In this document: piece by piece, positions 10,009 through 19,044 of the stretch
Position numbering within the stretch: the first letter of the stretch is position 1
Layout: every line of letters begins with the position of its first letter
Assembly (NCBI GenBank): GCA_963705105.1
Contig: CAVPIW010000005.1
Location: 320,001 to 384,000, forward strand
DNA length: 64,000 nt
Source: an uncultured Nitrospiraceae bacterium
GTDB taxonomy: Bacteria > Nitrospirota > Thermodesulfovibrionia > Thermodesulfovibrionales > Dissulfurispiraceae
Direction: 5' to 3'
Notes under the pieces: generated by a model
The model's input: the letters and a program-made list of their open reading frames with translations, nothing else
Database searches by the model: none
What the model was told of the DNA's origin: nothing
Program-made: the position numbers and the translations under genes

Positions 10009-11384
10009 TCACCGCGCGTCGATGGTGGACGTTTGTTTTCTGCCTCTTCGTCCTGGCTTCCTGCGCGCAAATTGACTCAAGCAGGGAGTGGGACAGGACA
10101 AAGAGGGGCGCCCTGGAGCTGACGGGCTATGAGCCCCGTTGGGCCAGGTCGGACGAGGCAAAGGCATCGGTCCGGACGGAGATCGACCGCCTCCTCTCCG
10201 ACGGCCTCACCATGGATGAGGCGGTGCATATCGCCCTCATGAACAATGCGAAAATGCAGGCATCCTTCGAAGAGATCGGCATCGCCGCAGCCGAATACGT
10301 CCGCGCCGGTCTGCCGGCGAATCCGGCAATCGGCGCCGCTTTCCGGTTCCCTTCCGGACAGGGAGATACCGAAATCGATGCGGACATGATGATCGATCTG
10401 GCGGCCCTCTGGCAGATACCGCGGCGAAGTGATGCTGCACGGACGAAAAATGATGTCACACGCGCCGTCATCCTCGATGAGATGGCACGGGTAGTCACGG
10501 AGGTAACAGTCGCCTTCATGGACTGCCTCGCCCTGTCGATGATCAGAGAGGAGGGCCTGCGTTTGAAGAGGGAACTCGACGAGTGGGCGTCGCACCTCCG
10601 GTATCGCAGAGGCTTCGGCTTTACGAGCGATGTCGAGATGCATACGGCCGGGACCGTGATCGCTGAACAGGAGATCGAGCTTATCCGCATCGGGAGCGCC
10701 GAAAAATCGGCGAGGGCGAGACTGACCAGGCTGCTCGGCCTGAAGCCGGGAAGAGCCCGGTATGACATGAAAGGATCCATAGACTATAGCGTCGCTCCGA
10801 TGCCGGATTACGGAGAGGCGCTGACGGCAGCGCTGACAAGGAGACCGGACGTTCAGGCAGCGGAACTCAGGGTGACCGAGGCCGGCCACCTGCTTTCCCT
10901 GGAACGGACGCGAGTCCTGCCGCACCTGGAGGCGGGGATCTCATTTTCCCATGATCATGAGGGGAAGGACGCCTATGGCCCGGCATTCGCCCTCCAACTG
11001 CCCGTCTTTGACCGGAATCAGGCGCAGATATCAGCGGCTGAGCACCGGCTCCGCCAGGCCGAACGGGAACTGGAGGAAAAGAAGGCCATCGTGGGCGAAG
11101 AAGTTGCTGAAGCCATAGAACTTCTTATGGCATCACGCCAGGAGGTGACGATCCTGAAAGACCGCCTCCTGCCGCTGAGAAGGGAAGCCGTTATATTCAC
11201 CGAGAAGTACGTCAATGCGATGGAACTCACCATGCTCAACCTCTTTGAGGCGCGGCTGCGGCTGTTCGAAGCGCAGAGACGGTTCATCGAGGCCATGAGG
11301 GATAGCAGGAAGCGGGAGATCGAGTTCGCCCGGGCAACGGGGAGGCTGACCCCGACTGTGCCGCAGGGACACAAAGGACAATGA
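10005..11384 (+). CDS. TolC-family outer membrane lipoprotein (copper-resistance associated)
   Basis: Lipobox LASC, LPVFDRNQA-type OEP motif, ATGA overlap with the oxidase gene. Confidence 0.85.
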   Translation: MITARRWWTFVFCLFVLASCAQIDSSREWDRTKRGALELTGYEPRWARSDEAKASVRTEIDRLLSDGLTMDEAVHIALMNNAKMQASFEEIGIAAAEYVRAGLPANPAIGAAFRFPSGQGDTEIDADMMIDLAALWQIPRRSDAARTKNDVTRAVILDEMARVVTEVTVAFMDCLALSMIREEGLRLKRELDEWASHLRYRRGFGFTSDVEMHTAGTVIAEQEIELIRIGSAEKSARARLTRLLGLKPGRARYDMKGSIDYSVAPMPDYGEALTAALTRRPDVQAAELRVTEAGHLLSLERTRVLPHLEAGISFSHDHEGKDAYGPAFALQLPVFDRNQAQISAAEHRLRQAERELEEKKAIVGEEVAEAIELLMASRQEVTILKDRLLPLRREAVIFTEKYVNAMELTMLNLFEARLRLFEAQRRFIEAMRDSRKREIEFARATGRLTPTVPQGHKGQ

Positions 11385-11403
11385 GAATAAGGAGGGAACG
11401 GAC

Positions 11404-11910
11404 ATGAAAGCGTTGATCATCAGTGCCGACGATTTTGAGGACACGGAACTCCTCGTCCCCTACTACCGGCTCAGGGAGGAGGGGATCGACGTCGACGTGG
11501 CGTCGATGAAGAAGACGAAGATCAGGGGGAAGCACGGATACGAGGTGACGCCGACCAAAAGGCTCGCCGACGTGAACCCCGACGAGTACGACCTCCTCAT
11601 TCTGCCCGGCGGCAAGGCCCCCGAAGCGGTCCGGAAGGAGGAAAAAGCCCTCGACATAGCCCGCAATTTCTTCCAAAAGAACAAGCCTGTCTCTGCCATC
11701 TGCCACGGGCCGCAGACGCTCATTTCGGCCGGGCTCATGAAGGGGAGGCACGCCACCTGTTACAAGTCGGTGGCGAAGGAGATGAAGGCGGCGGGGGCGC
11801 GCTATGAGGATCAGGAGGTGATCGTGGACGGCAATCTCGTCACATCACGGCATCCCGCCGATCTGCCGGCCTTCATGCGTGAAACGATGAGACTCCTGAA
11901 GAAAGGTTAA
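11404..11910 (+). CDS. PfpI/DJ-1 family (type 1 glutamine amidotransferase-like) protein
   Basis: FEDTE, LPGG, AICHGP, DGNLVTSR motifs. Confidence 0.92.
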   Translation: MKALIISADDFEDTELLVPYYRLREEGIDVDVASMKKTKIRGKHGYEVTPTKRLADVNPDEYDLLILPGGKAPEAVRKEEKALDIARNFFQKNKPVSAICHGPQTLISAGLMKGRHATCYKSVAKEMKAAGARYEDQEVIVDGNLVTSRHPADLPAFMRETMRLLKKG

Positions 11911-12105
11911 CCTTATCGTTGCAATACACTTCCGGGAAAGGCGGGGCGTATGCGCCGAAAACCTTGCTGCGGCGACACCTGTATCGAAGAAGACGAGGCA
12001 TACGCCGATGTCAGGAGAATTGGACATCTTTTCCGACACTGACACACACTGACACTGACACTGTTTTCAGAGTGCTTCGCCACGCCTTTCTATACAACTA
12101 CAAGG
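11911..12105 (+). mobile_element. Family A MITE copy with alternative core containing (GACACT)n
   Basis: Left arm identical to the 288 copy; TTAA duplicated at 11907-11910 (includes the PfpI stop codon) and 12106-12109. Confidence 0.85.
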
Positions 12106-12174
12106 TTAACAGGCCGATTCGCTGGGGCAAAGGAAGAGGCGATTGATCTCCCGTGCCCCCGTCTCTCCGGTCGC

Positions 12175-12603
12175 TCAGTATCTTCTCTCGTACTTCTCGC
12201 TTTCGCAGACTTCCCTGACCTGGTCCTTCACCATCCTGCCGTCTTCCCAGACCTTCTCGTGCACTTTTCTGCATTTGGTCTGGCCGTCAGGATAATAGGC
12301 ACCTCCTTCAGGTTCGGCATAGTAGCGCCCCCGGCCGTCGTCGGTCCTGTATTCCACGGGTCTCCCCGTAGTGGCGACCTGGCGGGACCCCCTCATCGAG
12401 ATATCGGTTATAGTCGCCCCGGCGACGGCGCCGAGGCCTGCGCCGATGACTCCGCCTCTCCACGGGTTCTTATGGTCGATAAGCGCTCCGGCGATTCCTC
12501 CGACGAGACCGCCTGCAGCAGCTCCCTCATAGTGGTACTGTGTGCATCCGGTCATCGATGTCGACAGAGCAATCGCCAGTGCGACGGCAATGATTCCCTT
12601 CAT
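12175..12603 (-). CDS. Glycine-zipper lipoprotein
   Basis: Lipobox-like MTGC; GAAAGGLVGGIAGA and GAGLGAVAGA zippers. Confidence 0.8.
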   Translation of the reverse strand: MKGIIAVALAIALSTSMTGCTQYHYEGAAAGGLVGGIAGALIDHKNPWRGGVIGAGLGAVAGATITDISMRGSRQVATTGRPVEYRTDDGRGRYYAEPEGGAYYPDGQTKCRKVHEKVWEDGRMVKDQVREVCESEKYERRY

Positions 12604-13022
12604 TGTACATCCTCCTGCGTTTTGGTTTCATGCCTGACATGACATTATCTTAAAATCTTTTGTTTATTATAGCCCGTTATCCTTCCCCCTGTCTCTTCTT
12701 CACGCGGAGCAGACCCGAAAGTTCAGTAGTGGAGCGCTGCTCTAATGGACTAAAGACGTCTGACCAATGTACTCCAAGATAAAGACTTCTGACCAATGCC
12801 TGATTTTTGATGTCTAATGATTTATGCCGTGGCATCTTCCCCCCACCTTTTCCGGGGGTTGGATGACCGGTCAAAAAGGCATGCCCTTTTGGATGCGATA
12901 GGGTATAATATGACGTATAATATGACTGGACCGCCGGCTTGGGCATGATGCGACAGGATCGGCGATGGTCGAAAAAAACAGAGGAAGACCACCATACATA
13001 ATGCAATAAAAAGGGGGCAGTC

Positions 13023-13673
13023 ATGGATGCGATTCAGGCAATAAGCGAACGAAGGTCGATAAACTTCTTTGAACCCAACAGAGAGATTTCGGACGACAAG
13101 CTGAACAACCTCCTGGGCATAGCGAACCTGTCGCCGTCTTCCTTCAATCTGCAGCCCTGGAAGGTGCTCGTGATCCGCGACCACGGCAAGAAGAAATTCC
13201 TCCGCCAGTGCGCCTTCAACCAGCCGAAGGCGGAGGAGGCATCGGCGATGCTCATCATCATAGCCGACCCCGCGGCTGTCGAGGAGAACATCGACAAGGT
13301 GCTTAAGAGCTGGGAAAAGCTCGGGTACATGAACCCCGAGATGAGGGACCCCTACATCAAGATGATCAAAGGCCTCTACGGCGAGCAGAACACCGAAAAG
13401 AGGAGGCTCTTCGCCGTGAAGAACGCCGCGCTGTTTGCCATGAACGTGATGATTACGGCCAAGGACCTGGGACTCGAAACGCATCCCATGGACGGTATTG
13501 ACGAAGAGTGCATCAAGAAAGAGTTCAGCATCCCTGAGGACAAATTGATCCCTATGCTCATCGCCGTCGGTTACCTGAAAGAAGGGGTGTCCCTGCTGCC
13601 GAGGGCATGGAGGAGATCAATCGGAGAATTCGTGAGATTCGAATCGTACTACGTCGATCTCGAGATGTACTGA
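13023..13673 (+). CDS. Nitroreductase family protein
   Basis: RRSINFF, SPSSFNLQPW, THPMDG motifs. Confidence 0.92.
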   Translation: MDAIQAISERRSINFFEPNREISDDKLNNLLGIANLSPSSFNLQPWKVLVIRDHGKKKFLRQCAFNQPKAEEASAMLIIIADPAAVEENIDKVLKSWEKLGYMNPEMRDPYIKMIKGLYGEQNTEKRRLFAVKNAALFAMNVMITAKDLGLETHPMDGIDEECIKKEFSIPEDKLIPMLIAVGYLKEGVSLLPRAWRRSIGEFVRFESYYVDLEMY

Positions 13674-13842
13674 TCATGCCTCAGGGACGGCGCCGCTCTG
13701 AAAAACCCGTCCCCGGAAGGAGAAAGGGCCGGTGAATCTCTGCAGAAGGGAATTCCTGATCACAGCCTGTGCCGGCATGACTGCCGCCGTGCTGTGCTCG
13801 TATGATCATCTACCTGCTGAAACAGGAAAGGAGAAAAAAACA

Positions 13843-14421
13843 ATGGCCTATACTGCAAAAGATTATGCAAAACTGATCGGGATGGAGGGTTTCAGCGAAA
13901 CGCTCCTCAAGAACCATTTCACCCTGTACCAGGGCTATGTGACGAACACGAACAAAGTCCTCGACACGCTTGACCAGATGCTCAAAGACGGCAAGACAGC
14001 CACACCGGAGTTTGCCGAACTGAAGAGGAGACTGGGATGGGAGTTCAACGGCATGCGGCTCCATGAGTACTATTTCGAGAACCTCGGGGGCAAGGCCGCC
14101 ATCAACAAGGACGGCAAGCTTGCGAAGAAACTGGCCGGGGACTTCGGAAGCTATGAAGCATGGGAAAAAGATTTCAAGGGGACCGGCACCATGCGGGGCA
14201 TCGGATGGGTCGTCCTGTATCAGGACAGCGCAAACGGAAAACTTATCAATTTCTGGATCAATGAGCACGACGTGTCCCATCCCGCCGGCTGCAACCCCAT
14301 CCTCATCATGGACGTCTTCGAGCATGCCTTCATGATCGATTACGGGCTCAAGAGGGCCGATTACATCGAGGCCTTCTTCAAGAACATCGACTGGGCAGCG
14401 GCGGAAGCGCGGCTTAAGTAG
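13843..14421 (+). CDS. Fe/Mn superoxide dismutase family protein (possible upstream Tat start at 13732)
   Basis: HFTLYQGYV, LHEYYF, MDVFEHAF metal ligands. Confidence 0.9.
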   Translation: MAYTAKDYAKLIGMEGFSETLLKNHFTLYQGYVTNTNKVLDTLDQMLKDGKTATPEFAELKRRLGWEFNGMRLHEYYFENLGGKAAINKDGKLAKKLAGDFGSYEAWEKDFKGTGTMRGIGWVVLYQDSANGKLINFWINEHDVSHPAGCNPILIMDVFEHAFMIDYGLKRADYIEAFFKNIDWAAAEARLK

Positions 14422-14442
14422 AGACCCGCTCCGCTTTCCGTT

Positions 14443-14488
14443 ACAAGACCGGCCGGGACAGACCCTCTGTCCCGGCCGGTCTTGTTTC
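14443..14488 (+). terminator. Intrinsic terminator after the SOD gene
   Basis: Perfect 20-bp stem 14443-14462/14466-14485 ending in a T tract. Confidence 0.75.
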
Positions 14489-14565
14489 TATCCCCGCCCC
14501 TCAAAGTCCTTCTGGATGCAGAAACTATGCACCACCCTCATTTTCAAAGTTCTCCAAGAGTCATT

Positions 14566-14613
14566 TTGGACAAGAGTGACATTCGGGTATAATTAAGGCA
14601 GAAAGGAGGTGAT
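14566..14613 (+). promoter_or_regulatory. Sigma70-like promoter and strong RBS for the small peptide gene
   Basis: TTGGAC-N16-TATAAT (14588-14593); AAGGAGGTGAT at 14603-14613. Confidence 0.6.
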
Positions 14614-14618
14614 GCCGG

Positions 14619-14741
14619 ATGAAGAAGGTGATGAATGAGAAAGCCCTTGCCGCGGAGGCAGCATTCTGGGGAGTCATGAAGAAACCGCTCACCGGGCAAT
14701 CGGGCAAGATCTGTCACAAATGAAAGGGCTGAAAGAGCTGA
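14619..14741 (+). CDS. Putative RiPP precursor peptide, candidate selenopeptide MKKVMNEKALAAEAAFWGVMKKPLTGQSGKICHK(U)KG(U)KS
   Basis: Strong RBS; 34 codons to the first TGA (14721); further in-frame TGAs at 14730 and 14739 in Cxx register; next TAG at 14766; upstream of radical SAM/SPASM gene. Confidence 0.7.
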
Positions 14742-14742
14742 A

Positions 14743-14761
14743 CATTGCCAGGATGGCAATG
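14743..14761 (+). promoter_or_regulatory. Candidate bacterial SECIS hairpin
   Basis: Perfect 8-bp stem CATTGCCA/TGGCAATG with GGA loop, starting 10 nt after the second TGA. Confidence 0.5.
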
Positions 14762-14845
14762 CACGTAGTACAGGCAGGGCGGGCGGGCGGCATTCTTTTC
14801 GATATCGTCACCCTGCCTGTTCCAATTTCTTCCTGTGTCAAGGTT

Positions 14846-14981
14846 TGACGGATTCGCAAAAGGTCCTTTCCAAACACTTGTCCGTCATTCCCGTGCAGAC
14901 GGGAATCCAATGTATTCAGTCAGTTTCTTCTGGTCTGGATACCCGCCTTCGCGAGTATGACAACTTTTTGCGAGGTCGTAA
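14846..14981. mobile_element. MITE-like element family B copy 2
   Basis: TGACGGATTCGCAAAA...TTTTGCGAGGTCGTAA, AGGTT on both flanks; inner palindrome 14884-14909 identical to 105-130. Confidence 0.7.
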
Positions 14982-15012
14982 AGGTTTGACTGAATGAAAA
15001 TGGATCGTCAGC

Positions 15013-16056
15013 ATGCACTATGAATTTTTTATCCAGCTTCACCTCACCGAGAGGTGCAATCTCCGGTGCACCCATTGTTATCAGGGAGGCAACGGGGTTG
15101 ACGAGATGTCCCTTGACGAGATCAGGGACCTCATCGGTGAAGTCGAGGGGATGATCGGGACATGGTCGTCATCGTACTGCCTGGAATTTTCGCCCAGCTT
15201 CACGATTACCGGAGGCGAGCCCTTCCTGAGAAAGGATTTCTTCACGGTCCTTGATGACCTTTCGGCGCGGGGAATCGACACCTTCGTCCTCACGAACGGT
15301 ACCCTTGTCGGGAAGGACAATGCCCGCGACCTTTCACGCCTCGGGATCAAAGGTGTCCAGGTGAGCGTCGATGGACCCCGGGAGATCCATGACCGGATCA
15401 GGGGAAAAGGGAGCTTCACTTCCGCCCTCAGGGGGGTGCGCCATCTCCTTGACGCAGGTATCACAGTCACTCTGAATATGACCCTCTCCTCTCTGAACTC
15501 CGGTTCTTTCATGGAGATGGTCGATCTGTCGAAATCTCTCGGCGTGCAGAGGCTTGGGTTTTCGCGCCTCGTTCCCTGCGGCAGGGGAGAGGTCATGGCA
15601 GGGTCACTCCTCAGCAAGATGGAACTTCGGGAGCTCTGCGAGCGTGCCGAAGCGCTGCACATCGACGGTCTCGAGATCGTCACCGGTGACCCTGTGGCGT
15701 CGCAGATTTCATCTCTCCACGCAGGATGCAGCGATATCGTGCCGGAGAGCGGACCATCCGGTGGGTGCGCCGCAGCCTTTTCAGGATTGACGATCCTGCC
15801 CGACGGCACCATCACCCCCTGCCGGAGACTGCCCGTCCCCATCGGGAATGTGCGCCGTGACAGCCTGAGGGAGGTCTGGGCGACGTCGGAGGTGCTTCAG
15901 CGCCTCAGGGACCAGGGGTCGTACAGGGGAAAGTGCGGGACCTGTTCACGCTGGAATGTCTGCAGAGGTTGCAGGGCCATCGCCTACGCATACGCTCACC
16001 TGCAGGGTCAGGCCGACTACCTGGCAGAAGACCCCCAGTGTTTCATTGAATCATGA
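15013..16056 (+). CDS. Radical SAM protein with SPASM domain (putative peptide maturase)
   Basis: CNLRCTHC, TGGEP, SVDG; SPASM cysteines GGC...GTITPC...CGTCSRWNVCRGC...DPQC. Confidence 0.92.
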   Translation: MHYEFFIQLHLTERCNLRCTHCYQGGNGVDEMSLDEIRDLIGEVEGMIGTWSSSYCLEFSPSFTITGGEPFLRKDFFTVLDDLSARGIDTFVLTNGTLVGKDNARDLSRLGIKGVQVSVDGPREIHDRIRGKGSFTSALRGVRHLLDAGITVTLNMTLSSLNSGSFMEMVDLSKSLGVQRLGFSRLVPCGRGEVMAGSLLSKMELRELCERAEALHIDGLEIVTGDPVASQISSLHAGCSDIVPESGPSGGCAAAFSGLTILPDGTITPCRRLPVPIGNVRRDSLREVWATSEVLQRLRDQGSYRGKCGTCSRWNVCRGCRAIAYAYAHLQGQADYLAEDPQCFIES

Positions 16057-16088
16057 GGCTGGTTCCAACTGTCGAGTACGGATTCATA

Positions 16089-16301
16089 CCCAATAGTTGC
16101 ATGAAAAGGCGGGGCGAAGCGCCTCAAAGCCTTTCTGAAGGCGACGATGAGCCTCGTCAGGTTTGTCTTTCAGGATTCCACTCTCTGTGTGATCGACCAT
16201 TGGCTTGAAAGGTTGTCTTCAGTGAAGGTTAAGGTGTCGCCGCAGCAAGGTTTTCGGCGCATACACCCCGCCTTTCCCGGGAGTGTATTGCAACGATAAG
16301 G
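16089..16301 (-). mobile_element. Family A MITE copy (reverse orientation)
   Basis: Reverse complement closely matches 288-500 and 44411-44624. Confidence 0.85.
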
Positions 16302-16394
16302 ATAACAAATGACTCAATGACTTTCACGTTGGCATTTCGCTCCACCCTTATAATGCAGCAGGCGGGTTTTATTAAATAGAAGGGAGGCTTGGAC

Positions 16395-16841
16395 ATGCCG
16401 CATGCCGGATTGATGGACGAAAGAGAGCTCGGGCCGGAGGCCGGGCCGTTACTGAGGGCAAAGCTCCACATACGGGGCGGGAAGAGACGGTTGCATCAGG
16501 GGAAAATAGCGGCCGGCATCGTCACCCTTTATGACGCCCTGTCCGCAGCCATGGAATGGTATATCAACAGGCCCGGGTGCAGGGAGACCCTGAGAATTCA
16601 GGACGGCGATAACCTCGATGACGAGCGGACGGCCTATGCTGTTCTTAACCGCTCGGGGATTCTCGACGGCTCCTTCGATTATGACGCCTTCGACATCCTC
16701 CTCGAACGGGCCCTTCATGAAGACCTGGAAGGGTTCGACTATAGGCGGATGCTCAAGGGCCTCGAGTCGATCATGACGCAGCTCGGCGTCATGCCCTTCG
16801 ACGAGGCAGCCCTGCCGCCCGAAGACCCATCGACATACTGA
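16395..16841 (+). CDS. Hypothetical protein
   Basis: GGAGG RBS, intact ORF with genome-like codon usage. Confidence 0.7.
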   Translation: MPHAGLMDERELGPEAGPLLRAKLHIRGGKRRLHQGKIAAGIVTLYDALSAAMEWYINRPGCRETLRIQDGDNLDDERTAYAVLNRSGILDGSFDYDAFDILLERALHEDLEGFDYRRMLKGLESIMTQLGVMPFDEAALPPEDPSTY

Positions 16842-16869
16842 ATCGCGATTCCCGATGATTCCTGATTAT

Positions 16870-16977
16870 TATTAACCCGGCAATTGAATACTTGTACCAC
16901 CGCCATTGCCGCAAGCCCCGGTCATACCGGGATGACAAGGCCATTGCAGTTCATCTGTTTAATTGCCGCGGTAAATA
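16870..16977. mobile_element. MITE-like element family C copy 1
   Basis: TIR TATTAACCCGGCAATT...AATTGCCGCGGTAAATA; shares CAATTAAACAGATGAACTGC (inverted) with 26266-26423. Confidence 0.65.
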
Positions 16978-16993
16978 ATATATTTCACGTTGC

Positions 16994-17371
16994 CTATTGC
17001 GTCCACCCTGCCCAACGGCTGATTGTGTACAGCGTTCCCGCCAGGAATAACGTGCCGAAGATCGATTTGTTGTGCCGGGCGACCCAGAGCGGCAGATAGA
17101 TGTCGAAATTGTCCCGCCGATCGTCGGTGTAACGCGCAGCGATGTCGGTTAGCGGACAACGAAGACCATTTCCTATGAGAATCGCCACTTCGACCAGAAC
17201 CACGCCGACGAGCCAAGCCGCTGCCCGGAAGTGTCCCAGGTACCCCAGGATCGGGATCACGATAATGCACGTCGCGAAGAGCGCCCACACAATGGTGTGC
17301 GCCAACCTTACAAGCTCGAGTTTGGTCGTCGATGTCACGGCGAACGAGAGCATTAGCGCAATGCGCCCCAA
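16994..17371 (-). CDS. Hypothetical membrane protein (DUF2784-like; start uncertain)
   Basis: Three TM segments, CPLT motif. Confidence 0.6.
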   Translation of the reverse strand: MGRIALMLSFAVTSTTKLELVRLAHTIVWALFATCIIVIPILGYLGHFRAAAWLVGVVLVEVAILIGNGLRCPLTDIAARYTDDRRDNFDIYLPLWVARHNKSIFGTLFLAGTLYTISRWAGWTQ

Positions 17372-17418
17372 AAGAGAAAACGGTCATGCTCCTGAGACTC
17401 CGAGATCATATCAGGAGA

Positions 17419-17892
17419 TTATGCTATGCGCAACTGCGCAAGCGATGCACGGGCATCTCCTCCACTTATGTCCGGAACGATTCTCAGTTCCAGTGCCGTC
17501 ACCCCGACGAGATCGACCGTGTAATCTTCTAACTCGCGCATCATGCCCGGAGGACTGAAGGTATATTGCTGACGCACAATCTCCCGGTAGGATTGACCGG
17601 CGTCCGGCGACCACCGCAACACGAATTCCTGCGTGCGCGCCTGTTGATCTTCGTGAAACAGTAGTTGAATACGCCTGATCCGCTGCAACTCGTCAAACAG
17701 AAGGCGGATCGTCTGCTCCCCGGCTTCTGCAGCCCGCCAACCCAATCCGACGCCGGGCATCAGCGCCGCCTCAATTGGGTGCGCCTCCTCCTCGGACGTG
17801 ATTTCGACTTGCGCAAGGCTTTGCAAGTCCAACCAACCTTGATCGACGGGTGAGACATTTTGAAGATGTTGACTAATTATCCGCTTTCGCAT
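17419..17892 (-). CDS. Hypothetical protein (carbohydrate-binding-like)
   Basis: ATG with GAGG RBS; WLDL...EITSE...HPIE pattern. Confidence 0.65.
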   Translation of the reverse strand: MRKRIISQHLQNVSPVDQGWLDLQSLAQVEITSEEEAHPIEAALMPGVGLGWRAAEAGEQTIRLLFDELQRIRRIQLLFHEDQQARTQEFVLRWSPDAGQSYREIVRQQYTFSPPGMMRELEDYTVDLVGVTALELRIVPDISGGDARASLAQLRIA

Positions 17893-18151
17893 TGGCCTTC
17901 CTCTTACACCTTTCTGTCTTACACAACCTTTTCCCACAGCTGTACTTCAGGTAAAGGTTTTCCACCTTCGTTCTGGCCCATGGGGTCTTCCTTAAGAATT
18001 GCAGGCTGGACTTGATGCCCGGGTTATTGGTAAAGCATCGTATATTGATGATCTGCCCCAATTTCTCCCACCCATGATGCTCCACCAGATGGGTAAGCAT
18101 CATTTCCAGCGTGACACCATGAAGAGGATCTTTATGGTGCTGGTCGCTCAT
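17873..18151 (-). CDS. VF530/DUF2132 family DNA-binding protein
   Basis: [35 protein letters not shown] motifs. Confidence 0.88.
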   Translation of the reverse strand: MSDQHHKDPLHGVTLEMMLTHLVEHHGWEKLGQIINIRCFTNNPGIKSSLQFLRKTPWARTKVENLYLKYSCGKRLCKTERCKRKANAKADN

Positions 18152-18479
18152 GTCCATCCGCTTTCCGGTTTGCCGGCGCCTTTCCCTGGTCCAACGCGTC
18201 GAGGAATTCCCGAACAGGTGCGGGATCATATTTCCGCATCAACGAGCCGACATACTGCATCTGCCGGGCAAAAGAACCGTGTTTCTTCATGGTCTTCGCC
18301 GCCTTCACGGCATTTAGAATATCTTCAGTCAAACCAATCTGTTTGAGCTGCTTATCCGACAACTTCACCAGACGTTCGCCCAGGTCCTGCAGGGACAGTG
18401 CCGCTTTTTTCTTCTGAGTTCTGCTCAAGCGCACCAGATGCTCTCCCTGTTCCTGCCCGCCTTTCGCTGTCTTCTTCAT
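18132..18479 (-). CDS. Short DarP/YjgA (DUF615)-like ribosome-associated protein
   Basis: SRTQKKK...[11 protein letters not shown] and [11 protein letters not shown] motifs; C-terminal half absent. Confidence 0.75.
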   Translation of the reverse strand: MKKTAKGGQEQGEHLVRLSRTQKKKAALSLQDLGERLVKLSDKQLKQIGLTEDILNAVKAAKTMKKHGSFARQMQYVGSLMRKYDPAPVREFLDALDQGKAPANRKADGHERPAP

Positions 18480-18648
18480 GTCTTTCTTGTGTACCAGTCC
18501 CATACATTCACCGTCTTATCAGATCAATTTATGCAAAAATCCGCAATGAGGCGCTGAGCAGTGCCCGAAGAGCATCTGTTTCGAGTGCCTGGATATTTTA
18601 CGGGATGGGGGAGAAGGGGGACAACCCCCTTATTAATTCCTTACCCGA

Positions 18649-19044
18649 TTATGTATCAACTACCTTAAGTCCCAGGTACTCGACCATGGGATCGAAATCT
18701 CTGTCGTCATGCAATAGAGGCAGTTGATAATGAACGCAGAAGGTTCCGATTATGACGTCTATGGTTTTCCTTGGGGTTACGCCTCTTTTCCTAAGAGCCC
18801 TGTAGTTCTCTGCACTTTTTAGGGCGATATCCCGGCCCACCATTGGCATGAATGGCATACCCAGCAGCAGTTCCTTCGCGACCTTGAATTCTTTATTTTT
18901 TTGAAACCCCTGAAGTACTTCAGTCAGGATCAGATCACCCATTATGACTGGCGTGCTTCCGAGTGCCGAATCGAACCAATCCGTTTGCCGTGTGTTGTTG
19001 CCGTTGAAGTAGTCGATCCAGACAGATGAATCGACAATAATCAT
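18649..19044 (-). CDS. vapC: VapC PIN-domain toxin
   Basis: IVDSSVWIDY, EVLQG, TIDVII, LLHDDRDF. Confidence 0.92.
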   Translation of the reverse strand: MIIVDSSVWIDYFNGNNTRQTDWFDSALGSTPVIMGDLILTEVLQGFQKNKEFKVAKELLLGMPFMPMVGRDIALKSAENYRALRKRGVTPRKTIDVIIGTFCVHYQLPLLHDDRDFDPMVEYLGLKVVDT

